Both the position numbers and the translations under genes were made by a program. The notes under the pieces are model-generated. The model ran no database searches. It saw only the letters and a program-made list of their open reading frames with translations, and had not been told where the DNA came from. From Synergistaceae bacterium UBA5827 (GTDB lineage Bacteria > Synergistota > Synergistia > Synergistales > 79-D21), in the NCBI GenBank assembly GCA_002432945.1, contig DJHE01000012.1, positions 3,055 through 67,054 on the forward strand: a stretch of DNA of 64,000 nucleotides, read 5' to 3'. Numbering within the stretch: position 1 is the stretch's first letter; the number at the start of each line of letters is the position of its first letter. Positions 53,248 through 61,586 of this stretch are shown one piece after another.

Positions 53248-54714
53248 ATGGCTAAGAAACTTGAGGGCAACATGTGGTCAAGCCGATGGGGACTTATCCT
53301 GGCATCGATCGGGATGGCCGTCGGAACAGGCAACATCTGGAGGTTCCCACGGGTTTCAGCCGCAAACGGCGGCGCTGCTTTTTTCTTTGCTTACGTTTTG
53401 GCTTTGTTCCTCTGGGCGATTCCGCTACTGGCTGCAGAGGGTGTGTGGGGGAAAGTCTCCCGCATGGGCATCGTCGGTTCCTTCAAGGTTGTCTGCGGAC
53501 GAGGGTGGACCTGGGCGGGGGCTACGATGGCGGCCTTCGTGCTGGGAATCGTCTTTTATTACGGCGTCGTCGTGGGCTGGTGCATCCGCTATCTGGTCTA
53601 CGCCCTGACCGGGGTGTTCAAGCCCGGGCTCGACACGGAAGCCCTGTGGAAGGCGTTCGCCGCTAACGGGATGCAGCAGAGCATCCTGTTCTTCCTCGTC
53701 ATCGCCATCTGCATGTGGATCTGCTCCAAGGGCGTGGCCGGCGGTCTTGAGAAAGCCTGCAAGGTCATGGTCCCCGGGATCTTTGTCCTTCTTATTTTCC
53801 TCGCTATCCGGGCCGCCTTCCTGCCCGGGGCTGTCAAGGGCTACGAGTTCTATTTCACCGCCCGCATGTCTGACTTCCTTAATCCGAAAACCTACCTGGA
53901 AGCGTTCACCCAGGTGGCCTGGTCGACCGGAGCTGGCTGGGGCCTTTTCCTGACGTACTTCGTGTACGTCAAGAAGACTGAAGACATTATGCTCGCCGCC
54001 ACCACGACCTGCTTTGCCGACACGACGGCTGGCTTCCTGGCGGGTATGTGCGTCATTCCGACCATCTTTGCCTACGCGCCGGATCCCATGGCCGCAGTGA
54101 AAGCCGGCAACACCGGTATGGCCTTCGTCCATTTGACGAGGCTGTTCTCGGAGATCCCGGGCGGCACGATCATGGCCATCGGCTTCTTCCTGGCGCTGGT
54201 CCTGGCGGCCCTCAGCTCCGAGATCGCCATGATCGAAATGGGAGCACGCATCCTTGAGGATGTGGGCTGGAGCCGCAAAAAGGCAACCTGGGGTATCGGC
54301 ATCGTGACCCTGGCCCTGGGACTTCCCTCCGCCATGAACATGACCTTCCTGGACAACCAGGACTGGGTCTGGGGCGTCGGGCTTCTCGTTTCCGGTCTCC
54401 TGATGGCCCTTGGGGCTATGAAGGTCGGCGTCAAGAAGATCTGGGACGAGCACATCGAACCCTACACCGAGATGAAGCACTATTGGATGTTCGGCCCGAT
54501 CAAGCTCTTCCCCGTGTGGTTTGCGGCCATCTTCGGCTGGTGGACCTGGCAGTCCATCACCTGGTACCCGGGTGAGTGGTACAAGTGGCTTCCCATCAGC
54601 AAGTACACCTTCACGCCGGGGACGATGTTCTGGCAGTGGGCTATCGTTATCGTGGTCTCCATCATCCTCAATAACTGGCTCGCTGACCGGATGACCCACA
54701 GCCTGGAAGTCTAG
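53248..54714 (+). CDS. Sodium-dependent transporter, NSS (SNF) family
   Basis: WSSRWGLILASIGMAVGTGNIWRFP is the NSS signature. About 11-12 TM helices. ATG 53248 lies 7 nt after GGAGG; ATG 53242 is an alternative. Confidence 0.9.
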   Translation: MAKKLEGNMWSSRWGLILASIGMAVGTGNIWRFPRVSAANGGAAFFFAYVLALFLWAIPLLAAEGVWGKVSRMGIVGSFKVVCGRGWTWAGATMAAFVLGIVFYYGVVVGWCIRYLVYALTGVFKPGLDTEALWKAFAANGMQQSILFFLVIAICMWICSKGVAGGLEKACKVMVPGIFVLLIFLAIRAAFLPGAVKGYEFYFTARMSDFLNPKTYLEAFTQVAWSTGAGWGLFLTYFVYVKKTEDIMLAATTTCFADTTAGFLAGMCVIPTIFAYAPDPMAAVKAGNTGMAFVHLTRLFSEIPGGTIMAIGFFLALVLAALSSEIAMIEMGARILEDVGWSRKKATWGIGIVTLALGLPSAMNMTFLDNQDWVWGVGLLVSGLLMALGAMKVGVKKIWDEHIEPYTEMKHYWMFGPIKLFPVWFAAIFGWWTWQSITWYPGEWYKWLPISKYTFTPGTMFWQWAIVIVVSIILNNWLADRMTHSLEV

Positions 54715-54743
54715 CCCGGGCCGGACGGAAGGAGAGGATCTGC

Positions 54744-54842
54744 ATGTGGATGTTCAACATGGCCATCGTCATGGTGGTTGTACTCGGAGGTCTCCTTTAC
54801 TGCCTGAAAATGGTTGTCACAAAGACCGAAATCGACGAGTAA
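54744..54842 (+). CDS. 32-aa single-TM micro-protein, possible NSS transporter small subunit (MetS-like)
   Basis: Not in the ORF track because it is under 60 aa. ATG 54744 lies about 7 nt after GGAAGGAGAGG and 29 nt after the transporter stop. The product is MWMFNMAIVMVVVLGGLLYCLKMVVTKTEIDE. A strong terminator follows it. Confidence 0.5.
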   Translation: MWMFNMAIVMVVVLGGLLYCLKMVVTKTEIDE

Positions 54843-54868
54843 AGAGGTTACCATAATCAAGCGCAGTG

Positions 54869-54902
54869 GCCCCGGGGAGCTTTGCTCCCCGGGCTTTTTT
54901 TA
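54869..54902 (+). terminator. Rho-independent terminator
   Basis: CCCGGGGAGC-ttt-GCTCCCCGGG is followed by a T-run from 54895. Confidence 0.85.
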
Positions 54903-54979
54903 TTCTGGTTCGCTGGGCGAACCACCACTAGTGGTTATTATTTAAACGGGGATTCTATTCTGGAAAGGGGGCCGTTGTC

Positions 54980-55768
54980 GTGAAAAAAATCTTTGTCTCG
55001 GGTGCATCCGGAAACGTCGGCCGACTGGTGGTTCGGCAAGTGATCGAAAGAGAAGGTTTCGAACTGGCGGGCGGTTACTGTCGCGAGTGCGGCGAGGACC
55101 TGGGCAACCTGGCGGGGGTGAATCCCGTGGGGGTACTATCCTGCTCGAACCTCAGGGAGGGGCTTTCCGGGAGCGGCGCGGACCTGGTCATCGACTTTAC
55201 TCACGTGAGCGTGCTGATGGAGCATCTGGCCGTTTACGCCGAGCTGGGCCTGGACGCGGTCATCGGAACAACCGGCCTCTCCGAGGAGGATTTTTACAGG
55301 GTGCAGTCGACCGTGGAGGAAAAAGGGCTGCGCTGGGCCATCATCTCGAACTACGGTCTCGGCATCAACCTCGTCATGGATTTCATGGCCAGGGCGAAGG
55401 CCTTTTACCCGTACGTTTCCATCACGGACCGTCACCATCCTGCCATGGGCAACGCTCCCAGCGGAACCGCCGCCATGCTGGCCCGTTCCGTTCCGGAAGG
55501 CCCCATCGGGGAAGTGCAGAGCAGGGAGACATACGAGGGAGTCCTGGGTGGGAAGATTGCCGGTATCCCCGTTCACTCGGAAAGGCTCCCTTACCCCGCG
55601 CCTTTCTCGGAGCACGAAATCGTCCTTGGCCGCCAGGACGAGATCATCCGCATCACTGTTTCCGATTTCACCAGCGACATCTACATTGACGGGATTTTCC
55701 TCGCGGCGGGACGAATTTCCGAACTTCCCGCCGGCACATTGGTTCGGACACTCTCGGAGTTCAACTGA
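54980..55768 (+). CDS. Dihydrodipicolinate reductase (DapB) family protein, divergent
   Basis: GTG start. VSGASGNVGR forms the NAD fold. DRHHPAMGNAPSGTAA resembles the DapB E-x-HH-x2-K-x-DAPSGTA motif but lacks the Lys. Confidence 0.75.
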   Translation: MKKIFVSGASGNVGRLVVRQVIEREGFELAGGYCRECGEDLGNLAGVNPVGVLSCSNLREGLSGSGADLVIDFTHVSVLMEHLAVYAELGLDAVIGTTGLSEEDFYRVQSTVEEKGLRWAIISNYGLGINLVMDFMARAKAFYPYVSITDRHHPAMGNAPSGTAAMLARSVPEGPIGEVQSRETYEGVLGGKIAGIPVHSERLPYPAPFSEHEIVLGRQDEIIRITVSDFTSDIYIDGIFLAAGRISELPAGTLVRTLSEFN

Positions 55769-55786
55769 TATTTCCCTAGGATCGGA

Positions 55787-57079
55787 GTGACGAAGGTGCC
55801 TGCAGATAGATTCCTGGTCAGGGGATGGGTGGATGACGAGTCGGGTCCCCGACAACTTGACATGGAGTTGGATCCGGAGCGGGGCCTGATCCATTCCGTT
55901 TCCCCTTCGGGGAAAGGGCCGGGTTCGTGTGGGATCGACAAGGTCGAGTATGATGACTCGCTTCGCCTCCTGCCCGGGGACGTGAACGCACACAGCCACC
56001 CGGAACAATCCCTTTACGTGGATCGTGTCGACCCTTCCTGGGACTTGTCGACGTGGTGCCGAAACACGATCTACCGGTACAGTGTCGAACTGACCCCGGA
56101 GCATATCTACCTGGGGTGCTGCCGCGCTTTTGCCCACATGCTACTGCTGGGAGTCACCACGGCGGTGGTTTCCTTTTACTGCCACAATAGAAGGGGAAAC
56201 GAACTGGACCGGGAAGTGGTCCGGGCCGCAAGGGACACGGGGATCCGGCTTTTCTTCGGACGCATGCATTACGACCTCGTTTCCACTGAAGCCTACCCGG
56301 AAAAGAGGGCTTCGCAGGAGTCCTATTTCGAAACGATCCCAGAATACGAAACGGCTTTCAGGGAACTCTTCATGGAAGTCGGCAGCGACCCGCTCGTGGT
56401 GGTAGCGCCAGCCCTTCACAGCTTCCACGCGAACACCCTTGACGCGGTTGCCCGTGGGATCCGCCTGGGTGAAAGCCTTGGCAGGAGTGTACAGTTTCAC
56501 CTCTCGGAAGACAGGGGCGACGTGTCTCTTTGCCAGGAGAAGTACGGGATGCGCCCCGTGGAAGTCCTGGATGACTTTGTCCGCCGAAAGCGTGTCACCG
56601 GTCTTTCCGCTCTCCTGGCCTCGGACGGGATCTGGACCGATGACCGGGAAAAAGACCTGATGGCCAGCCACAGGGTCCGGCTGGTCCTGAACCCGAGAAT
56701 GAACAGGCGGGTGAAGGCGGGTCGCGCGGACCTGCCTGGCTACCTGCAAAGGCGAATTCCCCTTTTCCTCGGGACGGACGGGGAAGCGAGCAACGAAGAC
56801 CTCTCGGTAGAAGGGGAGAGGCGCTTTCTTGAAGGCGAGTTTCCCCAGGTCGATCCGGCCTTGATCAGGGACATGGGGAGAGGGGACTTTCCTTTCCCCC
56901 ATTGTCCCTTGGGAAGACTGGCTCCGGGGTCGGCGGCGGACCTAAAGGTCGTGAGCCCATACGGTGTACGGGATGTCTACGTGGCAGGAAACGTCGTGGT
57001 CCGAAACGGGACACTCCGGAAGCTCGACCTTTCAAGGGACGTGGAGGTTCCATTGAAAAAACTTCTCTCGGGTTGGTGA
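55787..57079 (+). CDS. Amidohydrolase family protein (chlorohydrolase / aminohydrolase-like)
   Basis: GDVNAHSHPEQS carries the HxH metal motif. Size and later H/D positions fit the amidohydrolase superfamily. Confidence 0.8.
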   Translation: MTKVPADRFLVRGWVDDESGPRQLDMELDPERGLIHSVSPSGKGPGSCGIDKVEYDDSLRLLPGDVNAHSHPEQSLYVDRVDPSWDLSTWCRNTIYRYSVELTPEHIYLGCCRAFAHMLLLGVTTAVVSFYCHNRRGNELDREVVRAARDTGIRLFFGRMHYDLVSTEAYPEKRASQESYFETIPEYETAFRELFMEVGSDPLVVVAPALHSFHANTLDAVARGIRLGESLGRSVQFHLSEDRGDVSLCQEKYGMRPVEVLDDFVRRKRVTGLSALLASDGIWTDDREKDLMASHRVRLVLNPRMNRRVKAGRADLPGYLQRRIPLFLGTDGEASNEDLSVEGERRFLEGEFPQVDPALIRDMGRGDFPFPHCPLGRLAPGSAADLKVVSPYGVRDVYVAGNVVVRNGTLRKLDLSRDVEVPLKKLLSGW

Positions 57080-57153
57080 ATGCGGAAGCGCAACAAGTAA
57101 TCTGATAAAATAAACAAGCATCAGGCTAACGTGTAGAGAAAGAGGGTGCGACC

Positions 57154-57948
57154 ATGAAGATGCTTGTTGTGGTTTTGATTGCCTGCGTAGCGATGGTTTT
57201 CCCGATGGCCTCGACTTCGTGTGCGACGGTGAGGATGGAAACCTATCCCTACGGGAAGGGAGAAGTACGCCTGCTCGGGCAGCTCGCCTGGGATGACGCT
57301 GCCAAGGGACCTCGTCCCGCGGTCCTGGTCGTCCACGAGTGGTGGGGCCTGAACAACTATGCCAGGGACCGTGCGAGAGCCCTCGCTTCCATGGGCTATA
57401 TTGCCCTGGCTGCCGATATTTACGGGGAGGGTTTCGAGACCACGGATCCTTCGAAAGCCCGGGAACTGGCAGGGAGGTTCAGGGAGGGTGACCGGGCGCT
57501 GATGCGGGAAAGGGTCCTTGCGGCCCTTGCCGCCCTGAAGGCACACCCCTTTGTCGACAAGGGCCGTGTGGCAGCCATAGGCTACTGTTTCGGGGGGACG
57601 GCCGTCCTGGAGTTGGCCCGGAGTGGAGCGGAACTTGACGGGGTGGTCAGCTTCCACGGGGGGCTGGCCACGCAGGCTCCCGCTTCCGTTGGAGGGATAA
57701 AGGCAAAGGTCCTGGTCCTTCACGGGGCCGATGACCCCAGCGTTCCTCCGGCAGAAGTACAGGCTTTCCAGGATGAGATGCGGAAGTCGGGTGCAGACTG
57801 GCAAATGGTCGCTTACGGGGGAGCCGTTCACACCTTCACGAACCCTGCGGCAGGAAACGATCCTTCCCGTGGCTCCGCGTACAACGAGAAGGCGGCCCTT
57901 CGTTCATGGGAGCACATGAAAGCCTTTTTTGCCGAGATCTTCCGTTAG
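57154..57948 (+). CDS. Dienelactone hydrolase family protein (secreted)
   Basis: Signal peptide MKMLVVVLIACVAMVFPMASTSCA. HEWWGLNNY, the nucleophile region GYCFGG, and VLHGADD are present. Confidence 0.85.
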   Translation: MKMLVVVLIACVAMVFPMASTSCATVRMETYPYGKGEVRLLGQLAWDDAAKGPRPAVLVVHEWWGLNNYARDRARALASMGYIALAADIYGEGFETTDPSKARELAGRFREGDRALMRERVLAALAALKAHPFVDKGRVAAIGYCFGGTAVLELARSGAELDGVVSFHGGLATQAPASVGGIKAKVLVLHGADDPSVPPAEVQAFQDEMRKSGADWQMVAYGGAVHTFTNPAAGNDPSRGSAYNEKAALRSWEHMKAFFAEIFR

Positions 57949-58030
57949 GGAAATTCCAGTAAAAAACCTTTTTACAGGAAGCCCCGGTTCGATTAAACTA
58001 TCTATCAAATCGATCCAAGGGGGCGGCAAG

Positions 58031-58771
58031 ATGACGGTTTACAGAATCAAGAGCAAAACTCGGTCCTGGGATGGAGAAACGATCGGCATCCTGATCCTGG
58101 ATTGTGCTTACCCTTGTGTCCCGGGTAACGTCGGCAACGCGACGACCTACCCATTCCCGGTGCGCTTCAAGGAAGTCCGGGGATCGTCCATCGAGCGCCT
58201 GCTGAACGAGAGAGACCCGGAACTCCTGAAGCCCTTCATCGAAGGAGCGAAAGAACTGGAGGCCGAGGGCGTACGGGCGATCACCGGGGCTTGCGGTTTC
58301 ATGGCTCTCTTCCAGAAACAGGTAGCCGAGTCGGTCGAAATTCCGGTGTTTCTATCGAGCCTGCTCCAGGTTCCCTTTATTTGCCGGACGCTGACCTCGA
58401 AGCAGAAGGTCGGCATCATCACGGCCAACGCGGGCTGCCTGACCGACGAACATTTCCAGAACGTGGGAATCACCAAGGAGATGCCCCTCGTCATTTACGG
58501 CATGGAAGCGCAGGACGAGTTCAGGACGAGTGTCCTGGAGGAGAAGGGGACGATGGATTCCGACCTCGTGGAGAAGGAAGTCGTCGGGGTGGCTGAGAAG
58601 ATGGTGCGGGAGCATCCCGAAGTTGCGGCCATCGTGCTGGAGTGCAGCGACCTGCCTCCCTACGCGGCTGCGGTTCACGCGGCGACGGGCCGGCCCGTTT
58701 TCGATTTCATCACGATGATCAAGTACGTCCATTCCGCGCTGGTCCCGACGAAATACGAAGGGTACATGTAA
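58031..58771 (+). CDS. Asp/Glu/hydantoin racemase-like family protein
   Basis: ORF trimmed to ATG 58031. ILILDCAYPCVPGNVGNATTYPFPV...ITGACGFM...VLECSDLPPY resembles this family (from memory). Confidence 0.7.
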   Translation: MTVYRIKSKTRSWDGETIGILILDCAYPCVPGNVGNATTYPFPVRFKEVRGSSIERLLNERDPELLKPFIEGAKELEAEGVRAITGACGFMALFQKQVAESVEIPVFLSSLLQVPFICRTLTSKQKVGIITANAGCLTDEHFQNVGITKEMPLVIYGMEAQDEFRTSVLEEKGTMDSDLVEKEVVGVAEKMVREHPEVAAIVLECSDLPPYAAAVHAATGRPVFDFITMIKYVHSALVPTKYEGYM

Positions 58772-58868
58772 GGACGTTCACTGCTATATGCGGGGGAGCG
58801 GTATCGCGGCGCAGGTGCATGCCGTCGGGGTGTCGGTTAAGCCCTCGGAAATAGACTCCAGGTTTTCA

Positions 58869-58897
58869 GAAGGACCCGGCTCTGGACCGGGTCCTTC
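58869..58897 (+). terminator. Hairpin after the racemase-like gene
   Basis: GAAGGACCCGG/CCGGGTCCTTC forms a perfect 11-bp stem. The U-tract is weak. Confidence 0.45.
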
Positions 58898-59032
58898 TCG
58901 CTTTGCCAGCCGAGGACACTCTTGACTGGGCTGGATTTCGTACCGAATATCGAGCAAGGTTTCCCGCCAATGGGTAAAATGGGACTAGGGGCCCCCACAC
59001 AGGAAAAACAGAGGGGAATCAGGTGAATTTCG

Positions 59033-59920
59033 ATGACTGGCAACGCGGAATTAGACTTGGAAGAGGTTCGTATTGAAATCGAAAGCTTCTCGGCTTCTTC
59101 GCCGGGAAATAGCCTGGGCGGGGATTTTGGCGAACCGGCCTGGGGGAAGCCCCTCCTGGGGTTTGCTCCAGGTGACGATTCCCTGTTTCTCGAGTACCGA
59201 GAGGCTGTGGATCCCCGGCACTTGCTCCCCGAAGAGGTGTTCAACCTGCATTTCCCGGGGAAACCGGCTTCGGGGTCCGATCTGGCAGTTGTTTGCTGGG
59301 TTCTTCCACAGACGGGGAAAACCCTGGAGGATAACCGCCGCCAGGACCGGCTGCCTGCGGAACGGTGGCTCCGGAACAAGCAAATGGGAGAAACTTTCAA
59401 CGACATTCTTAGAAGACACGTGATCGGCTGGCTGTCGGGAAAGGGAATTGACGGGGTGGCTCCGGTTCTATCCCCGCATTACGGGAGGTACTTTTCCCTC
59501 CGGTCCGGGCTGGCCAGTTCCTGGTCGGAGCGGCACATTGCCTACGCCTGCGGGCTTGGGACATTTGGGCTTTCGGACGGGCTTATCACTCCTGTTGGGA
59601 AGGCTGTACGCATTGGTTCGGCGGTAGTCCGGGCAAAGGTTGGACCCGCGGTTCGCCCTTACTCGGATATCCATGAATACTGCCTTTTCTACCGGGATGG
59701 GTCATGCGGGGCCTGTGCGGCACGGTGTCCTTCGGGGAGCATCAGGAGGGACGGCCGTGACAAGGGGCTTTGCCAGGATTACATTCACGGGATCGTTGAG
59801 CCCTACGCACGTGAAAAATACGGCCTGGAGTCGACTTATGCCTGCGGGCTTTGCCAGGTGGGGGTACCCTGCGAGAACGGCATACCCGCCAGGCTGCTGA
59901 AGGAGAATCGGCTGGAATAA
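59033..59920 (+). CDS. 4Fe-4S protein, epoxyqueuosine-reductase (QueG)/reductive-dehalogenase-related
   Basis: RHIAYACGLGTFGLSDGLITP...CGACAARCPSGSI...CGLCQVGVPC is present. The functional call is tentative. Confidence 0.6.
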   Translation: MTGNAELDLEEVRIEIESFSASSPGNSLGGDFGEPAWGKPLLGFAPGDDSLFLEYREAVDPRHLLPEEVFNLHFPGKPASGSDLAVVCWVLPQTGKTLEDNRRQDRLPAERWLRNKQMGETFNDILRRHVIGWLSGKGIDGVAPVLSPHYGRYFSLRSGLASSWSERHIAYACGLGTFGLSDGLITPVGKAVRIGSAVVRAKVGPAVRPYSDIHEYCLFYRDGSCGACAARCPSGSIRRDGRDKGLCQDYIHGIVEPYAREKYGLESTYACGLCQVGVPCENGIPARLLKENRLE

Positions 59921-59937
59921 CGAGGAGGGGGATGCCG

Positions 59938-60375
59938 ATGTCCCGGATCTGGATCTTTGTCCTGATGCTCCTGGCCGGGGCGGTGTCAGCCCTCCAGCCT
60001 TCTGTGAATGCCCGGTTGGCCCAGAGGATCGGGCTTCTGGAAAGTGCCTTTGTCTCTTTCACTGGAGGAGCTCTATGCCTGGGTGCAGTTGTCCTGTTTT
60101 TCGGCAGGGGGAACTGGAAAGCATTGTCCGGGGCGGCACCGTGGGAAGTCCTTGGCGGGGTTTTCGGGGCCTTTTACGTCACCTGCCTGGTCCTGGCGAT
60201 GCCGCGCATCGGGACCACGGCCGCGATGGCCGCTGCCATCGCGGCCCAGCTGGCGGCCGGGTTGTTGCTGGATTCAGCGGGGGCTTTCGGATTCCAGAAA
60301 CTGCCGCTGGATATCCCCAGGCTTGCGGGAGTGTTGCTCGTGGTCCTGGGTTCCCTACTGGTTTTCAGGAAGTAG
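59938..60375 (+). CDS. DMT family transporter (DUF606/YdcZ-like)
   Basis: ORF trimmed to ATG 59938, after GAGGAGGGGG. 145 aa with five hydrophobic helices. GAVSALQPSVNARLA is present. Confidence 0.75.
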   Translation: MSRIWIFVLMLLAGAVSALQPSVNARLAQRIGLLESAFVSFTGGALCLGAVVLFFGRGNWKALSGAAPWEVLGGVFGAFYVTCLVLAMPRIGTTAAMAAAIAAQLAAGLLLDSAGAFGFQKLPLDIPRLAGVLLVVLGSLLVFRK

Positions 60376-60448
60376 GAAAGGGGAAACAGGGAAAGACTCT
60401 CCAGGCACAATGGAGAAAAGCTTTTTAACAAGCCGGAGGAGGACTGAC

Positions 60449-60988
60449 ATGAAGAATTCAGATGAAGAGATCCTGGTAAGAGTTGCCGAAGAGGCCTGCC
60501 GGAACGAGTCCCAATACCACCTCTGCAGCCAGGGGACGCTGGCTGCCCTGATGAAGGCCTTCGGAATCCATAACCCGGATGTCCTGCGCTCATCCACCGC
60601 TTTTGCAGGAGGCGGGGTGCGTCGTGGGCACATGTGCGGTGCCCTGAGTGGTGCCCTCATGTTCATTGGCCTGCTCGCCGGTCGCGATGACCTGGAAATG
60701 CGCGACCAGGCAACCCGGGGGCTCGGATACTGCGACAAGGTCTACCGGGAGTTCGAGGAGAAATTCGGGACCGTTTTGTGCCGCAATATCCAGAAGGATC
60801 TTTACGGCCGGGAATACGAACTCACCCGGCAGGAAGAGCGGGATGAGATGCATGCCCTTATGGAAAAAATGGACTTTGCCTGTCCACAGGTCTGCGGGGA
60901 GGCTGCGCGTATGGCTGCCCTTGTCGCTTTCGGGATCCTGGAGGCCGGCCATCCCTTTGCCAACTCGGTTGTTCGCCTCCGGCGCTAG
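60449..60988 (+). CDS. C_GCAxxG_C_C family protein
   Basis: ORF 60008..60988 trimmed to ATG 60449, after GGAGGAGG. LCSQG...GHMCGALSGALM...VLCRNI matches the C-GCAxxG-C-C signature. Confidence 0.8.
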   Translation: MKNSDEEILVRVAEEACRNESQYHLCSQGTLAALMKAFGIHNPDVLRSSTAFAGGGVRRGHMCGALSGALMFIGLLAGRDDLEMRDQATRGLGYCDKVYREFEEKFGTVLCRNIQKDLYGREYELTRQEERDEMHALMEKMDFACPQVCGEAARMAALVAFGILEAGHPFANSVVRLRR

Positions 60989-61031
60989 CCGGCGTGTTCA
61001 CCACATCCAGGCAAGCAGTGGAGCGCAGTTT

Positions 61032-61062
61032 CGGGCCCCTTATGGTCGGGGGCCCGTTTTTT
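61032..61062 (+). terminator. Rho-independent terminator
   Basis: CGGGCCCC-ttatggtcg-GGGGCCCG is followed by TTTTTT. Confidence 0.85.
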
Positions 61063-61139
61063 GCTCTCTTGCGAGCGAAGCAGGAGACGGCTATAATCCA
61101 AATAAAGATTGCATATGCAACTAAAATAGGGAGGAAAAA

Positions 61140-61580
61140 ATGGGCATGAATCGACAGGAGCGGTCTCCGGGTCGCTGGATTGCCACCCTCTTTCGAAGGA
61201 GCAGGGTCCACCTCGACCGGGCATTTGAACAGATCGGACTGGGCAAGGGACTATACCTCTATCTGGCACTTCTCTCGAGGAATGAAGGATTGACCCAGCA
61301 CCAACTGGCCATGGAGCTGGCTCTTGATGAAGGCACTGTCGCCCGGGCCTTACAGAGGCTTACGGGCGCGGGTTGGCTGAGGAAGGAACGGGACGAAAGG
61401 GATGGTCGCGCTTTCAGGGTCTACCTGGCTAAGCGAGCCGAAGAGATAATGCCGCGTGTCCTGCAGGAACTCGAGGCATGGAATGGGCTCCTGGTCGAGG
61501 GTTTCACAGCGGAGGAACGGGAAATCGCACTCAGGCTGCTTGTAAGGATGGCGGAGAATGCAGATCGGCAAGGAAGGTGA
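61140..61580 (+). CDS. MarR family transcriptional regulator
   Basis: LTQHQLAMELALDEGTVARALQRLTGAGWLRKERDERDGRAFRVYLT is a MarR wHTH with wing. Confidence 0.85.
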   Translation: MGMNRQERSPGRWIATLFRRSRVHLDRAFEQIGLGKGLYLYLALLSRNEGLTQHQLAMELALDEGTVARALQRLTGAGWLRKERDERDGRAFRVYLAKRAEEIMPRVLQELEAWNGLLVEGFTAEEREIALRLLVRMAENADRQGR

Positions 61581-61586
61581 GTAGGA

